Shown piece by piece: positions 59,785-64,000 of a stretch of DNA of 64,000 nucleotides (the stretch's first letter is position 1; each line of letters starts with the position of its first letter). The translations under genes and the position numbers were made by a program. This DNA is from Longimicrobiales bacterium (GTDB lineage Bacteria > Gemmatimonadota > Gemmatimonadetes > Longimicrobiales > Gaopeijiaceae): contig OZ220732.1 in NCBI GenBank assembly GCA_965116905.1, forward strand, positions 448,001-512,000, read 5' to 3'. The notes beneath the pieces are model-generated. The model did not search any database. It was not told the origin of the DNA and worked only from the letters and a program-made list of their open reading frames with translations.

Positions 59785-61176
59785 TTATTTCTCTGTGTCA
59801 ATTACTGCTTCGTGTGCGTCGGCAGGACGCCCTGCAGTCGCGCTCCGTACTGTATCTACGTTCGTCGTGCATATCCGTTCCCCGGCGCCCGCCGGGGCCA
59901 TCGCAAGCCTCTCCAGCAGCCAGTCCGGATCCACCTCGCGCCGTTCGAAGGTGAACAGGCGAAGCACTCGTGCGGTACGGTAGAGTTCCCGTCCAAGTTT
60001 CGGCAGATCCATGAGACCGGTGATGCCCTCCCTTCCCAGGCGCACCACGCCACCCGGCCTGTCCACCAGCACATCCAGCTGGAACATGGCCTTCTTGACC
60101 GGGAAATCGAGGATCACTTCGCCCGGCTCCAATTCCAGCTCCACTGCAATCCCGTCTTCCAGGCGCCGCTTCTCGGCCGTGTCTCCGCTGACCCACTCCG
60201 GCACCGCACTTCCTTCGAGTTGCCAGGCGGGGATTTCCGTTGCCCGCTTGGGCAGGCGCCTCTCGCGCAACGCCGGCAGCCACCGGTCGGCCAGACGCGA
60301 CGCCACCGGATCGCGGCTCGCTGCGGCTCTGCGGCGGAGGTCGTAAAGCAGCTCCTCGTCGGTGGGGCCGATCAGCTCCTCCGGGGACAGGAGCCCCGCC
60401 TCGACCGCAGTCTCCACAATGCGCTTGTAGAGCCCGGTGCCCGCCCGTACCGCGTGGTGCCAATAGACCGTGCGGAACATCTGGTACTTCGAAAAGAGGA
60501 GCGACTCGAGGGTGCTGAGCGACTTCATCCCGACGCCGACCTCCCACTCCCCCGTGGCGGGATCCCGCAGCAGCATGAGCCCCTGCAGCAGCCGCTCCAC
60601 GTCCACCTCGCCGTACGGCACGCCACAGAAGCGCGCATCGCGGCGCAGGTATTCCATCTTGTCCAGGTCGAGGCTGCCGCTCACCAGGCCCCGCAGCGCG
60701 TTGTCGCCCTCCCCCTTGATGATCCGGTGAATCTCGTCGGCGGCTCCCGGGCCGAGCGGCGCCATCGCGGCCTGAAGCTCGGCCGATTCGAAGAAGCGCG
60801 CGCTCATCTCTTCGTGGTCCCCCACGATTCTCTCGGGTTCGAGCTCCTCGAGGGCGTGGGAGAAGGCGTAGTGCCCTATGTCGTGAAGAAGGGCGGCGCA
60901 GGGGATGAGGTCAGCTCCCCGCCACACGTCTGCGGGGACATCGGCGCCGTCCCGGAGGATGCGGAGCGCCCGCACGGCGAGGTGATAGACCCCCAGCGCG
61001 TGATCGAAGCGCGTGTGGGTTGCGCCTGGGTAGACCAGGTGCGCGAGGCCGAGCTGGCGTATGTAGCGGAGCCGCTGAAACGCCGCCGTGTCGACGATCG
61101 CGACGGCGACCGGGTCGAGCGCGATCGTGTTCCAGATCGGGTCACGAATGATGCGGGAACGCCCATGCCTGAACAT
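59785..61176 (-). CDS. HD-domain phosphohydrolase (SAMHD1/dNTP triphosphohydrolase-like)
   Basis: RDPIW, FQRLRYIRQLG, HTRFDHALG, LLHDIGH..FSH, DLDKMEYL.RD, VYWHH. Confidence 0.9.
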   Translation of the reverse strand: MFRHGRSRIIRDPIWNTIALDPVAVAIVDTAAFQRLRYIRQLGLAHLVYPGATHTRFDHALGVYHLAVRALRILRDGADVPADVWRGADLIPCAALLHDIGHYAFSHALEELEPERIVGDHEEMSARFFESAELQAAMAPLGPGAADEIHRIIKGEGDNALRGLVSGSLDLDKMEYLRRDARFCGVPYGEVDVERLLQGLMLLRDPATGEWEVGVGMKSLSTLESLLFSKYQMFRTVYWHHAVRAGTGLYKRIVETAVEAGLLSPEELIGPTDEELLYDLRRRAAASRDPVASRLADRWLPALRERRLPKRATEIPAWQLEGSAVPEWVSGDTAEKRRLEDGIAVELELEPGEVILDFPVKKAMFQLDVLVDRPGGVVRLGREGITGLMDLPKLGRELYRTARVLRLFTFERREVDPDWLLERLAMAPAGAGERICTTNVDTVRSATAGRPADAHEAVIDTEK

Positions 61177-61318
61177 GGAGGGCGACATTAGCGTGTTGGA
61201 TGGGCGCTTGCAATGCCTGTACGGGACTTTTTTCGCCGGCTACCGGGTCCGCGTCGGCGCGCGGGCCGTCGGTCGAGCGCGTTGACCGTGACCGAATAAA
61301 TGGCGAAGTTGGGGGGCC

Positions 61319-62407
61319 ATGACGACCTCCGGACTCCGCGAACGGGTGCGCTCGAGTGCCGAAGATCGGCCCGGCGTCTACCGCTGGCTCGGCAGGCGCG
61401 GCAGGATCCTCTACGTCGGCAAGTCCGTCCGTGTGCGGTCGCGCCTCCTGTCGTATTTTCGCGAGGACGCGGGCAAGACGGCGCGCATGGTGGCCGAGGC
61501 CGAGGCGGTAAGCTGGGACTACACGCCCAACGAATTCGCCGCCCTGTTCCGCGAAATGCGGTTGATCCGGGTCTGGCAGCCCGAGTACAACGTGCAGCAC
61601 AAGCGCGACCGCCGGTACGGCTTCATCAAGGTGACGCGCGAGCCCGCGCCACGACTGATACCGGTGTCGCGCGTGCACGGCGACGGCGCCCGCTACTACG
61701 GCCCATTCGGCCAGACCGGCTGGCTCGCGCGGGCCGTCCATGACCTTTCGCTGGCGACCGGCCTGCGGGACTGTCCCGCCGACACCCCCATCCACTTCGG
61801 CGACCAGTTCGAGATGTTCGGCGGAAGAAGGGTGCCACGCTGCATCCGCGTGGAAACGGGCACCTGCCCCGGCCCCTGCGCCGGCCGCTGCACGACCGCC
61901 GAGTACGAACGGGGTCTCCGCCTGGCGCGGGCGTTCCTGGAGGCCCGGAGCCGGGCGCCGCTCCAGGAGCTGGAGCGGTCCGTCAAGGAGGCGGCTGAGC
62001 ACCTCCGGTTCGAGTACGCAGCCACCATGCGGGACCGCATGGCCACACTGGAGAAGCTGTGGAACCATCTTTCCGGCTTCCGCGGCCGGATCGAACACCT
62101 CAACCTGGTCTACCCGGTCTCGGGATTCCGGGGCGAAGACCGGATCTACCTGATTCGGCGCGGCCGCCTGCACGGCGAGATACCGTGGCCGAAGAGCGAC
62201 GAGGCCCGCGGGCAGGCCGACACTGTCGTGAAGGAGGCGTTCCGTCCCGTCGCGGCGGATCGAAACGGCGCGCTCGAGGCCGACGCGGCGGCGGAGGTGC
62301 TCATGACGGTGGCGTGGTTCAACAAGCGGCCCAGGGAACGGCGCCGGGCGGTGGCGCCCGAGAGGTGGCTGGCCGGGGGGGTCCTCCGACGGGCTGTCCA
62401 CCGGTAG
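61319..62407 (+). CDS. GIY-YIG endonuclease with UVR domain (UvrC N-terminal / Cho-like)
   Basis: PGVY...ILYVGKS..RSRLLSYF, PEYN, YYGPF, Cys cluster CPGPCAGRC, LRFEYAA.MRD. Lacks the UvrC C-terminal domains. Confidence 0.88.
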   Translation: MTTSGLRERVRSSAEDRPGVYRWLGRRGRILYVGKSVRVRSRLLSYFREDAGKTARMVAEAEAVSWDYTPNEFAALFREMRLIRVWQPEYNVQHKRDRRYGFIKVTREPAPRLIPVSRVHGDGARYYGPFGQTGWLARAVHDLSLATGLRDCPADTPIHFGDQFEMFGGRRVPRCIRVETGTCPGPCAGRCTTAEYERGLRLARAFLEARSRAPLQELERSVKEAAEHLRFEYAATMRDRMATLEKLWNHLSGFRGRIEHLNLVYPVSGFRGEDRIYLIRRGRLHGEIPWPKSDEARGQADTVVKEAFRPVAADRNGALEADAAAEVLMTVAWFNKRPRERRRAVAPERWLAGGVLRRAVHR

Positions 62408-62470
62408 GCGTCGTCTCGGGATAACGCCCGGAGCATGGAGATCTCGTTGGCAAACGTTCGGGGGTCCAAG

Positions 62471-63307
62471 TCAGCCCCAGCGCCCACATCCTGATGGTCC
62501 GAGTGGCGGCACAGCGGCGCAAGCCGCCAACACTGGCCCCGCGCCCTCGACACCCGCCCCGACGGCCACCACGGCCAGCGCAAGGGCCGCCAACGTGACG
62601 AGGGGGTGGGCGTGCAGGCTGTCCACCAAACGGGCGATCACGCTGGCGTCCGTTTCCCTTGGCCGCCTGACCACGTAAACGAGATTCCGGGATATGTCCG
62701 CGTCCGCGCGGTCAAGTATCGGCGTGTAGTCCCGGTAGTAAAGGCCGGTCGGGCCGTCCGTCACTTGTGTTTCGTATGACCCCAGGGTAACGAGGTCCGG
62801 CCAGTCGCCGCCCATACGTCGGGCGTCAGCTATCGCCGCCTTCACGTTCCGCGCGCACAGTGAGAACCCGCGCGAAACAGCCGCCGTGTACACGCGGCGC
62901 CAGTTGCCGTCCACCGTGATAGGGTCCTTGCTCCAGTCCTTGTCTACCGTCATATCCACGCCCGCCAGTTCAGCTATTTCCGCTTCCGGGCTAAACGCGG
63001 TGGCGAGCAGCGGGAACACGGCCAGCACTGGCCCCACGCCCTCGACACCCGCCAGGATGGCCAGCACTGCCAGCGCAAGTGCCGCCAGTGTGACGAGGGG
63101 GTGGGCGTGCAGGCGTCCCGCCCGGGACCGTTCCGACCTCAACAGCCGGGCGATCCCCCTCGCTTCCGTTTCCGTCCCGACGGTTGGGTACACCGGCCTT
63201 CCGATCATCACGTCAAAGTCGAGGTCCATGTACCCCGGGGCGTCCGAGTAGCCCGGGCGCACGGCCCCCGTCCGCATGGGCCGCATGTCACGATGGGACA
63301 GACGCAT
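62471..63307 (-). CDS. Orphan modular hypothetical protein with a duplicated hydrophobic module
   Basis: SD gagagga before ATG 63307. LHAHPLVTLAALALAV..AGVEG.GPVLA occurs twice. Codon use looks atypical for the window. Confidence 0.55.
   Translation of the reverse strand: MRLSHRDMRPMRTGAVRPGYSDAPGYMDLDFDVMIGRPVYPTVGTETEARGIARLLRSERSRAGRLHAHPLVTLAALALAVLAILAGVEGVGPVLAVFPLLATAFSPEAEIAELAGVDMTVDKDWSKDPITVDGNWRRVYTAAVSRGFSLCARNVKAAIADARRMGGDWPDLVTLGSYETQVTDGPTGLYYRDYTPILDRADADISRNLVYVVRRPRETDASVIARLVDSLHAHPLVTLAALALAVVAVGAGVEGAGPVLAACAAVPPLGPSGCGRWG
62526..62619. repeat. 94-bp direct repeat, copy A
   Basis: 84/94 identical to 63021-63114 by manual alignment. Confidence 0.9.
63021..63114. repeat. 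94-bp direct repeat, copy B
   Basis: 84/94 identical to 62526-62619 by manual alignment. Confidence 0.9.
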
Positions 63308-63505
63308 CAGGCGCGTTCCTCTCACGCTGAATTGTGATGGAGGGCGGCATATCCGCCCTCATCGGCGACGCACATTGGGGATCAATGCACCGACACGCAA
63401 GCTTTGCGGTATAGATTCGGGTCATTTTGCAACCACCATACGATCACATGGTGATATTACCGCGATAATAGACTGGTGAATGGCGGGGTCCTAGTCGGCA
63501 GGACC

Positions 63506-64000
63506 CTACTTCCTGACCGACCACCTCATGGGCGGAATCACCTCGCCCCTGGCGCTCGATTCGATCAGGATCCCCAGCCGGCGCAGGCGCGTCTCCTCGC
63601 GCTTCGCGCTCACGACCCACCACGTCACCTGTTTGCGGTACGAGGGCCGGGCGTTCCGGAAGTAGTCCCACGCATCCGGCTCGGCCCTGAGCCGCTGCTC
63701 GTACTCGGGCGGCAGGTCGACCGTCTTCTGCTCGTACGACGCCCGCTTCTCCTTCTCGGGATCGCGCGCCCGGAACGCGGCCAGACCCGCCTCGGCGACG
63801 AGCCCCTCCGCCATCAGGTGCTCCATGCGGCCCAGGTTGCGGGCGCTCCAGTGGCTCCCCTTGCGGCGCGGCGTGAAGCGAATCTTGTAGCTCTGTTCGT
63901 CGTGGGCCTTCCGAATCCCGTCGATCCAGCCGAAGCACAGCGCCTCGTCCACGGATTCGGGCCAGGTGATGCTGGCCAGGCCGGTCGCCTTCTTGTAGTA
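63506..64000 (-). CDS. YdeI/OmpD-associated family protein (5' end outside the window)
   Basis: ITWPESVDEALCFGWIDG, RFTPRRKGSHWS, SYRKQ..WWVVSAKREETR.RRL. Confidence 0.92.
   Translation of the reverse strand, partial: YYKKATGLASITWPESVDEALCFGWIDGIRKAHDEQSYKIRFTPRRKGSHWSARNLGRMEHLMAEGLVAEAGLAAFRARDPEKEKRASYEQKTVDLPPEYEQRLRAEPDAWDYFRNARPSYRKQVTWWVVSAKREETRLRRLGILIESSARGEVIPPMRWSVRK

Noticed and set aside
59785..62407. HD dNTPase plus GIY-YIG nuclease as an anti-phage system
   Set aside because: They are divergently transcribed, both resemble housekeeping families, and the HD gene heads the sigma-rsgA run.
62146..62583. Frameshifted continuation of the orphan ORF
   Set aside because: It would overlap the convergent GIY-YIG gene by over 250 bp and has no recognisable motif.
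62526..63114. 94-bp repeat pair as a DGR template/variable repeat
   Set aside because: Mismatches are not adenine-specific on either strand, and no reverse transcriptase gene is in the window.

Overview
High-GC chromosomal window with about 50 protein-coding genes. I recognised no rRNA, tRNA, CRISPR array, integrase or transposase. Two SusC/SusD pairs in a GC-rich genome, free TonB-plug lipoproteins and a VPS10/BNR propeller protein suggest Gemmatimonadota (inference, not a database result). Housekeeping genes include sucA, trpE, rsgA, ctaA, pgeF, a short sigma70 factor, a PspA-family gene, an acyl-CoA dehydrogenase, peptidases and several DNA-repair proteins. The most notable observations are: (1) a coupled operon of Tat-exported solute-binding protein, an output-less HAMP membrane sensor and an OFA/monocarboxylate MFS transporter, with no ABC ATPase, permease or kinase; (2) a stand-alone TonB plug-domain lipoprotein after each SusCD pair, one of them followed by a plug-less outer-membrane barrel gene; (3) an intact SbcCD-like pair whose catalytic motifs are degenerate; (4) a foreign-looking orphan ORF built from a 94-bp repeated hydrophobic module; (5) AT-rich palindromes inside coding sequences; (6) many apparently leaderless genes; (7) two single-base homopolymer frameshifts. 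Start codons were reassigned by eye where the ORF track is over-extended.
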